DNA of 27,361 nucleotides from Candidatus Undinarchaeales archaeon (GTDB lineage Archaea; SpSt-1190; JASMDC01), in NCBI GenBank assembly GCA_030753015.1, contig JASMDC010000046.1, positions 1-27,361 on the forward strand. Direction: 5' to 3'. Positions 1-9,184 of this stretch are shown here, in pieces. The first letter of the stretch is position 1; every line of letters starts with the position of its first letter. The position numbers and the translations under genes were made by a program. The notes under the pieces were generated by a model. That model saw only the letters and a program-made list of their open reading frames with translations. It made no database searches and had not been told where the DNA came from.

Positions 1-169
1 CAACAATATATACGTTTCCGTTATGCGTTTTCAAGAACGAGGCCGTTCAGCTCAGGGGTAAAATTCTAAAAGGTGCCAGTATTCCTTGGAGAGGTTCTCG
101 CATTGGGTCACACGCTACCTTTCTCAGATCCATCACTACGGCCGAGGTAGGATCATTCCTCAGAGTAGA

Positions 170-901
170 TCAGTAGCCGGGCCCCGGCGGATTGTAGTAG
201 CCGGAATAGCCGGTTGTATCGCCTGCCCGTCGGGACGCGTAGAAGGAAGGGTTCCCTCCCTGGAAGTACTGATAGGAGTAATCGTACCGCTGGGGAATGT
301 CCTCTGTCGGCTCTGTCTCGCGCTGGGTGTAGAGGAAGAGCCCCGCGGCAGTAATGACCAGCAGGCAGAGCGCTGCGATGATCGCGGTCGAGACGTCGAT
401 GAGCGGTCCTTCCTCGGGCGGACGTGCCGGTCCCCCGGTGTCGGTCGTTGACCCGGGACCATCGGACGTACCGCTGTCGGTTTCGCTTCCCGTATCCCCC
501 GCCGTCGGGATCACGCACTCCTTGACGATGATCTTGCCCTGCGCCTCTCCTGAGATGGCGCCGTCCCGCGGGACGCTGATGACGAGATAGGGGTAGGTGC
601 CAGGCCCCGCGTCAACATCGATCTCGAAGTTGAACACGAACTGGGACTCCATGTCGTGGCCGAGGTTCCAGGTGTACGCGGGCGTGACTACGAACCGTGC
701 AGCGGGCCCCGTGACGTTCGTGACGAACGGGAGGTTACCGCGCAGGAGGTTGCGAACGGTGCTCGTGATGCTGGCGGTGTCGCCCCGGCACACTTCCTTC
801 TCGGCGCCCTCGATGAACACCTCCACACGCAGCTCGCCGTAGTCGGGGGCCACGGCAAGAGCGAGCGACAGGACAATGAGCAGCGCGAGCGTCCGTCTCA
901 C
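170..901 (-). CDS. Type I membrane protein: signal peptide, Ig-like ectodomain, Gly/Thr/Ser linker, C-terminal TM helix, Tyr/Pro/Gly-rich tail
   Basis: MRRTLALLIVLSLALA signal peptide; beta-rich segment (FEIDVDAGPGTYPYLV); TM IIAALCLLVITAAGLFLY; start overlaps the rtcA stop (ATGA). Confidence 0.75.
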   Translation of the reverse strand: MRRTLALLIVLSLALAVAPDYGELRVEVFIEGAEKEVCRGDTASITSTVRNLLRGNLPFVTNVTGPAARFVVTPAYTWNLGHDMESQFVFNFEIDVDAGPGTYPYLVISVPRDGAISGEAQGKIIVKECVIPTAGDTGSETDSGTSDGPGSTTDTGGPARPPEEGPLIDVSTAIIAALCLLVITAAGLFLYTQRETEPTEDIPQRYDYSYQYFQGGNPSFYASRRAGDTTGYSGYYNPPGPGY

Positions 902-1926
902 ATGCCAGACCCCCGTGAACGGAGCTCGAGCACGTGCTCGCCCATGTCCTTTACTTCGAGCACGTCGCCAAGGAACATGCGTACGACGGCCATGTTGGTA
1001 CGCACGTGGGACGTATCGTGCACACGCACGCGCGATCCCGGGGCCAGTGCGATGAACGGAACGATTTGGTCGGAAAGATGAGGGTCGATGGGAAGGTCCT
1101 TCGAGAGGTTCTTCAGGAGGTCATCGGCCGCCTCCTGCCCCACGCGCTCGGCCGGTTTGCCGGGTGCTCCGAGCTCGGAACCCGCAATGTAACCTGTGTC
1201 GCTCCATACGCAGATGCCCGAGCCGGTGCAGCCCTTGTGCCCGGTCGTCGCCTCCTCTTGGATCGTCACCGGACCCAAGCCGTGCTCCTCGAGGGCGGCC
1301 GAACACGCGTTCGCCTGGCGTTGGGCGATCTTTCGCGGCAGACCGGTGCAGTAGGAGATCCCACCGACGGTCCGCGGTGGCAGTGACTCCACGCACTTCA
1401 TGGGTGAGAGAGTACTGGGACGGAAGTGGAACTCGGCCCACCCGCCCCCACGTGGATAGTAGCCCCTGGTGTTCACCGAGACGGTCCCATGGTAGCCCAT
1501 TGCGCCAAGGAACGGGAGCGTGACGTTCTTGACATAGTCTATCGGGGGGCTCCACTTCACATCGGTGCCGCCTGTGACGCTCACCTGGAGGTCACGCGGG
1601 CTCGCCAGGGCTGCAAGCATGAGGGACTGGAGCACCAGCGAGATGCTGCCGGCCGTCCCCACGTCCACGGAGAGCACACCACGCCGTGAATTCCGCGGCT
1701 CGAAAACGATGCTCCTCGAGCCCTCCTTGAGCCCGGCCACTGCACCGTTGCACAGGTCGGCCACGGCCCGGATGCCTGCCACGTGCTGCGGCCGGAGGCC
1801 CGGTTTCGGACGATCGGGTCGAATGTTCGTGATGGTCACCGGTGTCCCGGTCACCATGGAGAGCGCAACGCAGGTGCGGACTATCTGACCGCCCCCCTCC
1901 CCCATGGAGCCCTCCACCTGCAGCAC
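898..1926 (-). CDS. rtcA: RNA 3'-terminal phosphate cyclase
   Basis: GEGGGQIVR, RPKPGLRPQH, GTAGSISLVLQ, GGTDVKWSPPIDY, RGYYPRGGG, DPHLSDQ and catalytic-His TSHVRTN motifs. Confidence 0.97.
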   Translation of the reverse strand: MLQVEGSMGEGGGQIVRTCVALSMVTGTPVTITNIRPDRPKPGLRPQHVAGIRAVADLCNGAVAGLKEGSRSIVFEPRNSRRGVLSVDVGTAGSISLVLQSLMLAALASPRDLQVSVTGGTDVKWSPPIDYVKNVTLPFLGAMGYHGTVSVNTRGYYPRGGGWAEFHFRPSTLSPMKCVESLPPRTVGGISYCTGLPRKIAQRQANACSAALEEHGLGPVTIQEEATTGHKGCTGSGICVWSDTGYIAGSELGAPGKPAERVGQEAADDLLKNLSKDLPIDPHLSDQIVPFIALAPGSRVRVHDTSHVRTNMAVVRMFLGDVLEVKDMGEHVLELRSRGSGM

Positions 1927-1947
1927 GAAATAAACAGGGTGCCGAAA

Positions 1948-1958
1948 GCTTAAATAAC
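1948..1958. promoter_or_regulatory. Shared TATA element between divergent rtcA and serA-like genes
   Basis: GCTTAAATAAC AT-rich island in a 53-bp intergenic gap, about 25 nt from both starts (1926 and 1980). Confidence 0.6.
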
Positions 1959-1979
1959 ATAGCCCGGTGGCCGCTGGCG

Positions 1980-2924
1980 GTGCCGAACGTGGGAAATGAT
2001 GATGATGGACTGCGGGTCCTGGTGGCTGACGGTCTTGCGCCGAAGGCGATCGAGCTGCTCCGGGAAAGGCTGGAGACGGTGGAGGCGAACGACAACACGT
2101 CCGAAGAGGTCCAGGCCATGCTCCCGACCTTCGATGCAGCGATTATCCGGAGCAGAACCCAGGTAAGGGCCGACCGTCTCGCCGAGCCAGGTCGACTGAG
2201 GATCATCGTCCGTGCTGGTGTCGGACTGGACAACGTTGACCTGGACGCGGCTAAGGCGGCAGGGGTCGAAGTGCACAATACGCCCACGGCCACCACACGC
2301 TCGGTCGCTGAGCACGCTCTTGCACTGATGTTCGCACTGGCACGCCACGTCGCCCGCGGGGACGCGTCCACGAAGGCGGGCCTGTGGGAGAAGAAGAAGC
2401 TCAAAGGCGTGGAGCTTGCGGGCAAGACCCTGGGTCTGGCGGGCTTCGGCCGCATCGGACAGGAGCTTGGCAGGATGTGCCAGGCACTGGGCATGACCGT
2501 CATCGCCCACGACAAGTTCGAGGACGTGGTGAGGCCATTTGCCGACGAGATGGGCGTTCCCCTCGTGTCCAAGGAAGAGCTCTTGAGGTCATCGGACTTC
2601 ATCAGCATGCACATGCCCCTGGTCGAGAGCACCCGCGGATGGATCGGGGTCGAGGAGCTAGAGGCCATGCGACCGACCGCTTACATCGTGAACACCTCGC
2701 GCGGAGGCACCATCGACGAGGACGCGCTGCTAGCAGCGCTCCGCTCAAGCACCATTGCAGGGGCCGCACTGGACGTGTTCGCAAAGGAACCAGTGAAAGA
2801 GCCTTTCCCCGAGGCACCGAACCTCGTGCTCACACCGCATGTCGCTGGCACCACGGCCGAGGGTCAGGACCGTGCAGGGCTCGATGCCGCACGTATCGTG
2901 CTCTCCTTCCTCGGACTGGAATGA
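1980..2924 (+). CDS. serA: D-2-hydroxyacid dehydrogenase, phosphoglycerate dehydrogenase-like, without ACT domain
   Basis: RAGVGLDNVD, SVAEH, GFGRIG, SDFISMHMPL, VNTSRGG, AALDVF, LTPHVAG motifs; start moved to GTG 1980 downstream of the TATA box; substrate not certain. Confidence 0.85.
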   Translation: MPNVGNDDDGLRVLVADGLAPKAIELLRERLETVEANDNTSEEVQAMLPTFDAAIIRSRTQVRADRLAEPGRLRIIVRAGVGLDNVDLDAAKAAGVEVHNTPTATTRSVAEHALALMFALARHVARGDASTKAGLWEKKKLKGVELAGKTLGLAGFGRIGQELGRMCQALGMTVIAHDKFEDVVRPFADEMGVPLVSKEELLRSSDFISMHMPLVESTRGWIGVEELEAMRPTAYIVNTSRGGTIDEDALLAALRSSTIAGAALDVFAKEPVKEPFPEAPNLVLTPHVAGTTAEGQDRAGLDAARIVLSFLGLE

Positions 2925-2927
2925 CGG

Positions 2928-4040
2928 CTACCGATAGGCGGCCAATATGGCCCTGTAGACCTTGACGGCGGCACGCATCGACTCTATCGACACGTACTCG
3001 TCGGGCACATGCGTCATGGCCGAAGGGCCGGGCCCGAGATAGACCACGGGACAGCCCCAGGCCTCTGTGATCATCTGCCCCTCACCGTACCCGCTCATCG
3101 GTCTGAACTCTGCCGAGCCGAGCTGCGAGGAGACCGCCTCGGCAACGGGACCTGCCTCGTCCCTGCCTGTCAGGAGCGGCCCCCTGTCGTGGCGGATGGT
3201 AACGTCCTCGAGGGTGAGCCCACGTGCCTCGATCGCACCGCGGAGCAGCTCTTCGAGCTTGGCGGCGTCCAGGGACGGGACCGCAGGTCGGACATCGAGC
3301 ACGGCGTCTGCGAGGTCGGGTACCTGGTTCCCTTCCCTTCCCAGTCCTGCGCCCGTGTCGAGACCACCGTTCAGGTAGGCCAGGTTGCCGGTGGACGGAC
3401 CGAGGTCAGGGTGTGCGAACCGCTCGAGACCTATGTCACCGATGGCTCCCACCAGTCCTGTGATGGCGTTCTGGCCCCGGGACGGTTCGGAGGCGTGCGC
3501 GGTCCTGCCCCGGACGCGGAAGGACAGCTCGATAAGTCCGCGATGGGCGTGCTTGATGGTGAGGTCCGTCGGTTCCGTGACCACGACCATCTCGGGAGCG
3601 AAGGTGTGCTCGGACAGGAAGCGCTTGATCCCCCTGAAGTCGTACTCCTCACCCACGTCGAAAAGGGCCGCCCAGGTTCCGGGATCCTCCTTGCTCAGGG
3701 CTGTGACCAGGGCCGCGATAGGGCCCTTCATGTCCACGGCACCCACGCCGTGCACCCTCTCATCGCGCACCTCACCGGAAAAGGGATCCCCGGACCACGA
3801 GCTCGAGGGGGCCACCGTGTCCAGATGCGAGACGAAGAGGACGCGGGGGTCCTCGGCGCCCACGATGATGTTCCTTCTGCCGTCCTCCACGTCCTGCGAC
3901 CGCGGGGAGAGCCCGCGCTCACGCAGCACGAAGGAGAGGAACTCGCCGACGGCCCGCTCGGAGCGCAGGAGGCGATCGCCGTCCCGTTGCACGTAGCTGG
4001 GGATACGGACCAGCTCACGACAGAGGTTCACGACGTCCAT
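2928..4040 (-). CDS. M20 family metallopeptidase/deacylase (ArgE/DapE-like)
   Basis: SHLDTV, GAVDMKG, GEE, TEPT, GRTAHAS, THVPDE motifs; likely start MDVVNLCRELVRIPS at 4040. Confidence 0.9.
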   Translation of the reverse strand: MDVVNLCRELVRIPSYVQRDGDRLLRSERAVGEFLSFVLRERGLSPRSQDVEDGRRNIIVGAEDPRVLFVSHLDTVAPSSSWSGDPFSGEVRDERVHGVGAVDMKGPIAALVTALSKEDPGTWAALFDVGEEYDFRGIKRFLSEHTFAPEMVVVTEPTDLTIKHAHRGLIELSFRVRGRTAHASEPSRGQNAITGLVGAIGDIGLERFAHPDLGPSTGNLAYLNGGLDTGAGLGREGNQVPDLADAVLDVRPAVPSLDAAKLEELLRGAIEARGLTLEDVTIRHDRGPLLTGRDEAGPVAEAVSSQLGSAEFRPMSGYGEGQMITEAWGCPVVYLGPGPSAMTHVPDEYVSIESMRAAVKVYRAILAAYR

Positions 4041-4095
4041 GTCGCCAATCCTGTAGAAAAGGTTATTAATTCGTGATAGCACCTATCCGACCGTC

Positions 4096-4230
4096 ATGAA
4101 GATCGTGTGCGCACAATGCGGACAACACTTCACACCCCAGTTCTGCTACTCCTTCAAGCGGACCTCCCTATGCGTGGAATGCCTCAGGACCTACTACACC
4201 CTTGAACCCATGCGCCCTGCCAGGGCCTAG
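4096..4230 (+). CDS. Small 44-aa CxxC..CxxC zinc-finger protein (not in ORF track)
   Basis: Hand translation: MKIVCAQCGQHFTPQFCYSFKRTSLCVECLRTYYTLEPMRPARA*; purine-rich BRE plus TTATTAAT at 4063-4070 about 26 nt upstream of the ATG. Confidence 0.7.
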   Translation: MKIVCAQCGQHFTPQFCYSFKRTSLCVECLRTYYTLEPMRPARA

Positions 4231-4354
4231 GACGGGCATCCTTACATTTACTCGAATTCGAAACGTTTTTATACAACCTGTCGTGCTAAGACATGGCAGG
4301 ATTCTCCTGGGCTTGGAACACCCTGGAGGAAAGGGGACATAGGGGGTACGAGAG

Positions 4355-5425
4355 TTGTACGAACTTAGCGAGAGCACTATAGAGAGCGAGGAAGGGGCCG
4401 GGGAAAAGTATGCCGTCCTCATCTGTGGGATGGCGGACAGTTCTTCCTTCTACAACAACATATCCTTCGTCCACGACATGCTGCTGGAGAAGGGGTACAA
4501 GGAAGAGAACATCACCGTTCTCTACGACAAGGGCGATGATCCGGAGTCGTTCGACACGGTCCGGGCCCAGGGGGAGTCCAAGGAGGGGCCGGCGCGGTAC
4601 GTACCAGCATCCACATACGGCTTCTCTCCGCGGGAGGAGGGTATCGTGGACGGTGCAGCAGACCGCGAGACCATGACCAAGGTGTTCGCCGAGCTCGGCG
4701 AGAAGGTCACCGAGCGTGACGAGCTGTTCGTGTACGTCACGGACCACGGGGGACGCGTCGGCTCGGGACACAAGGCCGAGAGCACCATCGTTGTCACCGA
4801 TCCGGTGAAGGACGCCGAAAAGAGCTCTGAGGAAGGGAGCAATGCGTACCCACTCACCGTCGGATTCGAGCCGGAGTACACCAAGGCCGACGAGGACGAG
4901 GACACTCCACCCGATCCCGAGCAGCTGGAGGATCAGTACGGGGACCTCACGGAAGAGGAGCTCCTGTCCATGTTCTACGGTACCGACATCTACGGGTTCG
5001 AGGGCTTCGGCAGCTTCGATAACTACGACGAGATCACCGAGTCCGAGTTCGCCCAGATGATCAAGCCCATCAAGGCCAAGAGCGAGATCCTGGTGTTCGA
5101 CCAGTGCCACTCCGGCGGTTTTGCTGACCGCTTCGGCAGGGGCAACCGTGTGGCCGTCTCGGCGTGCCGCGCCAACGAGTCGTCCTACATCTCCCACCCG
5201 ATGGACGGATTTCCGGCGACGTTCTTCGGCGCGCTCCGGGGACGTGACTACGACGGCAACGCGATCGACGCGGACCTCAACGGCGACGGCAAGATATCCA
5301 TCAAGGAGGCCTACCAGTACGCGCTCGAGAACGATGAGTTCGCCAACGGCGATGACGGGTGGTTCACCGAGCACCCGCTGCTCATCGCACGGAACCGCGA
5401 CGCTGACGAGGCGTTCATCGATTAG
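4355..5425 (+). CDS. C13/legumain-like (caspase-hemoglobinase fold) cysteine peptidase, very acidic, with C-terminal EF-hand-like loop
   Basis: KYAVLICG first strand; FVYVTDHGG (His) and LVFDQCHSGGF (Cys) dyad; SACRANESSY; DADLNGDGKISIKEAY. Confidence 0.8.
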   Translation: MYELSESTIESEEGAGEKYAVLICGMADSSSFYNNISFVHDMLLEKGYKEENITVLYDKGDDPESFDTVRAQGESKEGPARYVPASTYGFSPREEGIVDGAADRETMTKVFAELGEKVTERDELFVYVTDHGGRVGSGHKAESTIVVTDPVKDAEKSSEEGSNAYPLTVGFEPEYTKADEDEDTPPDPEQLEDQYGDLTEEELLSMFYGTDIYGFEGFGSFDNYDEITESEFAQMIKPIKAKSEILVFDQCHSGGFADRFGRGNRVAVSACRANESSYISHPMDGFPATFFGALRGRDYDGNAIDADLNGDGKISIKEAYQYALENDEFANGDDGWFTEHPLLIARNRDADEAFID

Positions 5426-6744
5426 GCGAGCGGGGCTGCTATCCCGAACGTGACGTACGCCATGTAGATCGACAGCGCCAGTCCTGACCATACTGCGAGC
5501 CGGTGGCCCGCGCGCGGGAAGCCGCTGACGGCCATCTCGACGAGCCCTGCTGCCATGAGCACCGATGCTTGGGGGAGTAGGGGGACGAACCAGCCGGGAC
5601 CGTACGCTCCCGTCATTCCCTCCACGAACGGGTGGGCCAGCACGTAGGCGACCATGGGGACCAGGAACAGGAGCAGTATTACGCCCTGCTCCACGGTGAT
5701 GAGCGCCTTCCATCCCCGCGCGAGGAACACCAATCCCCCCACCACGATCAGGAATGCGGCGAGATAGGTCGGATTTCCGTCCGTGACGCCCGGCCACGCA
5801 AGCGACCGTGCGAGGTGCCCGCTCTCATCCACGACCCGTACAAGCCCGAGACCGGGATCCGTGACCATCTGGATCCGTCCAAAGATGAGCGGGAGCACGA
5901 TGCAGCTGGTGAGGATCACCCACACGACCGAGTGGGCCGCGGTCACCGCCCCCTCGCTCTTGAGTATGAACGCAAGGATGATCATCACGAGGAAAGGGAG
6001 GAGAACGGGGACGACCGTCCGCTCCGCTCCAGAGGCCAGCTCACCCAGATCGTCCGCACTGTATGCCCATACCCCGTAGGGCAGGAGCATCGTTGCGAGG
6101 AAGAGCACGGCCGGCACCATGTGTCCCGCCGGAACGGACCGGCCTAAGAGGGTCCTAGCCACGGCCACCGCCGGGATGAGGAGGTACGCGAGCGGCTCGA
6201 GCTGGACGGCGCACCCCAGGGCGAACCAGAGAGCCACCAGAGGTCGCGCCTTGCCGGTTTTGAACGAACGGACCATCGACAGCGCCACCAGCGAGACGAC
6301 GAGCGGGAGGTAGCCCCCCTGCCACGGCCCGAGAGCGTACCGAGTAACAGTGAACGGGAGAGTGAGGTAGAACAATCCTGCAAGGAGCCCCGTCTCGGCA
6401 CCCCCTACTGCGCGCCCGATGCGTGACACCAGGAACGCAGTGGCGAGGTGCACGAGCAGCATGACGTGCACGAGCGGTCCGGTGCCAGTGCCCGCTACGA
6501 GACCAACGGCGACATGAAGGAGCGTCCCGAGCGGTCCTGTTGGGACGCCCAGTTCTCCTGTCGGGCCCATGCTCGGGAACACGCCGTCCTCCAGTGCCTC
6601 CCGGGCCAGGGACGCGGCGGGCGCACCGGTGTTCCTGGATGCCGCTCCTGGTGCTGCCCAGAGGCCGAAGATCAGGGCTGCGAGAAGTGCCGCGGCAAGG
6701 ATGTGATCCGGGTCCGGTGGTTCCAGCACCCTTCTTGCGGCCAC
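5422..6744 (-). CDS. Polytopic membrane protein, probable GT-C glycosyltransferase (ArnT/PMT-like)
   Basis: About 11-12 hydrophobic segments; N-terminal loop GVFPSMGP..GVPTGPL and GLLAGLFYLTLP pattern resemble ArnT-like proteins. Confidence 0.6.
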   Translation of the reverse strand: MAARRVLEPPDPDHILAAALLAALIFGLWAAPGAASRNTGAPAASLAREALEDGVFPSMGPTGELGVPTGPLGTLLHVAVGLVAGTGTGPLVHVMLLVHLATAFLVSRIGRAVGGAETGLLAGLFYLTLPFTVTRYALGPWQGGYLPLVVSLVALSMVRSFKTGKARPLVALWFALGCAVQLEPLAYLLIPAVAVARTLLGRSVPAGHMVPAVLFLATMLLPYGVWAYSADDLGELASGAERTVVPVLLPFLVMIILAFILKSEGAVTAAHSVVWVILTSCIVLPLIFGRIQMVTDPGLGLVRVVDESGHLARSLAWPGVTDGNPTYLAAFLIVVGGLVFLARGWKALITVEQGVILLLFLVPMVAYVLAHPFVEGMTGAYGPGWFVPLLPQASVLMAAGLVEMAVSGFPRAGHRLAVWSGLALSIYMAYVTFGIAAPLA

Positions 6745-6794
6745 GCTCCTTTAAAGGTCCTCCCGCTTAATAAGGGTGCCGTCAGGCTGATGGT

Positions 6795-7685
6795 TCAGAG
6801 CCGGTCGAAGATCTGACACTTGAGCGCGATAGCGGTGCTGAGGCTATGTCCTTCGAACATAACGGAGCGGACGATGTTCTGGATGTAGAACCGGGAGGCG
6901 GCGTTGGGCGTCTGCACCGTAAGGCCGTCCATGATGGTCGTGCGCTCGTCATAGGGGTCGATGGTGCACTTGCGCCGTTCGGCCTCCTTGCCCACTAGAC
7001 GTGCGAGCTCGCTGATGTTCACGAACACCATGGCGACCACCTTGCCCCCTTTCACGAGGCGGCGGGCCTTGGGCCATAGCCAACGCGTGTAGGGGCGCTC
7101 GATACCCAGGTCCTTGTCCATCCCGATGGTCAGTGATGATGGCAGCCACAGGTCACGGATCCCGACCTCTCGCTCCAGGCGCTCGGTGGCCTGTTCGAGG
7201 GGCTCGCCGGCCGGGATGCACGCGATGAACATCCCCGGTTCGGGCCGTGCGTAGGCGGCCGAACCCTGCTGCCGACAGCGGAGGACCGTGCGGGCTACTT
7301 TCCGTCGCGGACGGAGCAGCTCGTCGCGGAGCGGGAGGTCCAAGGTCATCCGGAAGGAGCGGCCACCAGCGAGCTTCTTGTCGAGCACCTCGTTCTGCAC
7401 GTTCTCTCCCAGGCGAGGAACGATGTGGATCACGGTCCCCTCGTTACTTGCGCTGAAGATGGCATGGGGTACCGGAGGGGTTTCGCGCCTCGTGAAACTG
7501 AGCCGGGCCCGCATCTCCGTCGGCGTGTCCGCAGCGACGTCCCAGTACACGTCAACGACATACCCCTGTTCCTCCAGTCCCTGACGGATGGAGTCGAGGT
7601 TCTGGTTGACGGCCGGGAGCAGTGGCGGTATATTGAGCAGCAGCTGCGAGCTCGTGATCTGCTCATCGGTCCCGCTCATGGTCAT
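6795..7685 (-). CDS. Hypothetical soluble protein (about 296 aa)
   Basis: Long ORF with host-like codon usage; AGGAGG RBS just before ATG at 7685; no family recognised. Confidence 0.7.
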   Translation of the reverse strand: MTMSGTDEQITSSQLLLNIPPLLPAVNQNLDSIRQGLEEQGYVVDVYWDVAADTPTEMRARLSFTRRETPPVPHAIFSASNEGTVIHIVPRLGENVQNEVLDKKLAGGRSFRMTLDLPLRDELLRPRRKVARTVLRCRQQGSAAYARPEPGMFIACIPAGEPLEQATERLEREVGIRDLWLPSSLTIGMDKDLGIERPYTRWLWPKARRLVKGGKVVAMVFVNISELARLVGKEAERRKCTIDPYDERTTIMDGLTVQTPNAASRFYIQNIVRSVMFEGHSLSTAIALKCQIFDRL

Positions 7686-7791
7686 GTGCCCTCCTGTGCA
7701 CGGTGTGGCCCCGTTCGCATTTAACGTTTTCGCCCAAGGCCGCCTCTTCACTGTCGAAGCCATTATATTGGTTGCTGTCCATAAGGATGTC

Positions 7792-8490
7792 ATGACCGAT
7801 GTGCCTTGGTACGTGGACAACTATCAGGTGTTCATCCTCATCGTGCTCCTCACGATCGGGTACGGGGCCGTCGACATCATGAACGCCACGGAACGTGAGC
7901 CCGCCGGATCTACCTGGGAGGAGCGCAACGCCGACCGCCTGGAACTAATGGAGACCGCCACGACCGATGAGCTCATCGAGCTCTTGAAGGAGGACGAGAA
8001 CGATCCGCACCCGGGTTTCGAGAAGAAGTCACGGGAAATGTCCGCAGACGATGTAAAGCTGTTCGGCGGTTTAATCGTCATCATCCTCTCCTACAGCTGG
8101 TTCAAGACCTTCCAGCGGTTCAAGGAGGTCGTCGACGCCCTCGGCCCGCAGCTGGCCGTTGTGGAGGTGGTGAAGTTCATGCGTAACACCAGCCTCCACT
8201 GCACGACGCATGACGGCAGGGCCTTCTACCTCTACTACTTCGGCGGTGCAAAGCACTCTCGTGCCTACTACGAGCTGTGGATCGACACCATGACGATGCC
8301 CGATATCACGGGTGCCGAGCAGTACATAGCTGCCATCGACCATCTCGATTCGATCCTTGCGCTCCCTGGGGACACCGAGGGCAGCTGGAAGCTCACGGCC
8401 CGTCTGTCCGACGAGTGGTTCACTTCCGAGACGCCAGACATCCTCAAGACGCTGGACGCCCTCTACGCGCTGAGGGACCGGCGGCGGTGA
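7792..8490 (+). CDS. Two-TM membrane protein, tandem paralog 1
   Basis: MTDVPWYVDNYQVF start; shares LHCTTxDGRxFYLYY..GxKH..AYY and TLDAL..LRD motifs with the next two ORFs. Confidence 0.8.
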   Translation: MTDVPWYVDNYQVFILIVLLTIGYGAVDIMNATEREPAGSTWEERNADRLELMETATTDELIELLKEDENDPHPGFEKKSREMSADDVKLFGGLIVIILSYSWFKTFQRFKEVVDALGPQLAVVEVVKFMRNTSLHCTTHDGRAFYLYYFGGAKHSRAYYELWIDTMTMPDITGAEQYIAAIDHLDSILALPGDTEGSWKLTARLSDEWFTSETPDILKTLDALYALRDRRR

Positions 8491-8539
8491 CGGCCGGGTC
8501 CGGCTCATTTATTTATTGGTAGCCGTGTTCACGGTGAAC

Positions 8540-9136
8540 ATGGTCGAAGCTCCTTGGTACGTGGAGAACTACCGGGCGTTCCTTCTTGCGTCGCTCCTGG
8601 CGGTCGTGCTCTTTCTGGCACCGATGTTCCCCTGGATGTTCACACCGTACATGGACGACTGGATCGATCTTGTGGAGGACGCTGACGAACCAGGGTTCTT
8701 CATGGTCATGGCGTTAATACCGGGGATACTCGGGTACTCCTATTTCAAGACCTTCCAGCGGTACTGGGAGGTGGTCGAGGCCCTGGGCGACCGTCTGGTG
8801 TCAGTGGAGGTGATCGGCTTCATGCGTCACACGAGCCTCCATTGCACGACCTACGACGGCAGGTCGTTCTATCTCTACTACTTCGGCGGGGCCAAGCACA
8901 TGCCCGCTTACTACAAACTATCGATCGACCTGCCCGGCAAGCTGCCGCGGTTCGACTCCACGCCGCACGTGGAGGCCATCTACCACTTGAAGAGTATCGA
9001 GGTCGAGTACGGTGACGAGGAGGGACAGGACAAGCTCGTTGCCAAGTTGTCCGACCAGTGGTTCGTGTCGGAGACGAAGGACATCCTAAACTCGCTTGAC
9101 GCGCTCCACAAGATACGTGACGAGAAGCGGAAGTAG
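8540..9136 (+). CDS. Two-TM membrane protein, tandem paralog 2
   Basis: MVEAPWYVENYRAF start; YSYFKTFQRYWEVVEALG and FMRHTSLHCTTYDGRSFYLYYFGGAKH closely match paralog 1. Confidence 0.8.
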   Translation: MVEAPWYVENYRAFLLASLLAVVLFLAPMFPWMFTPYMDDWIDLVEDADEPGFFMVMALIPGILGYSYFKTFQRYWEVVEALGDRLVSVEVIGFMRHTSLHCTTYDGRSFYLYYFGGAKHMPAYYKLSIDLPGKLPRFDSTPHVEAIYHLKSIEVEYGDEEGQDKLVAKLSDQWFVSETKDILNSLDALHKIRDEKRK

Positions 9137-9184
9137 TCCGGCCGGTGCCGTAGCTATTTATTGGTTGTACCGCACAGAGGATGC

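Noticed and set aside
1-169. AT-richer non-coding stretch at the left edge
   Set aside because: No recognisable tRNA, repeat or ORF; may be regulatory sequence for a gene outside the window
1592-5797. Long antisense ORFs (1592-2668, 3009-4076, 4286-5797) and similar ones elsewhere
   Set aside because: Shadows of well-supported genes on the opposite strand, expected in high-GC DNA
7150-7215. GEPLEQATERLEREVGI resembles a Nudix box
   Set aside because: Spacing and the REUXEE residues do not fit the consensus; insufficient for a call
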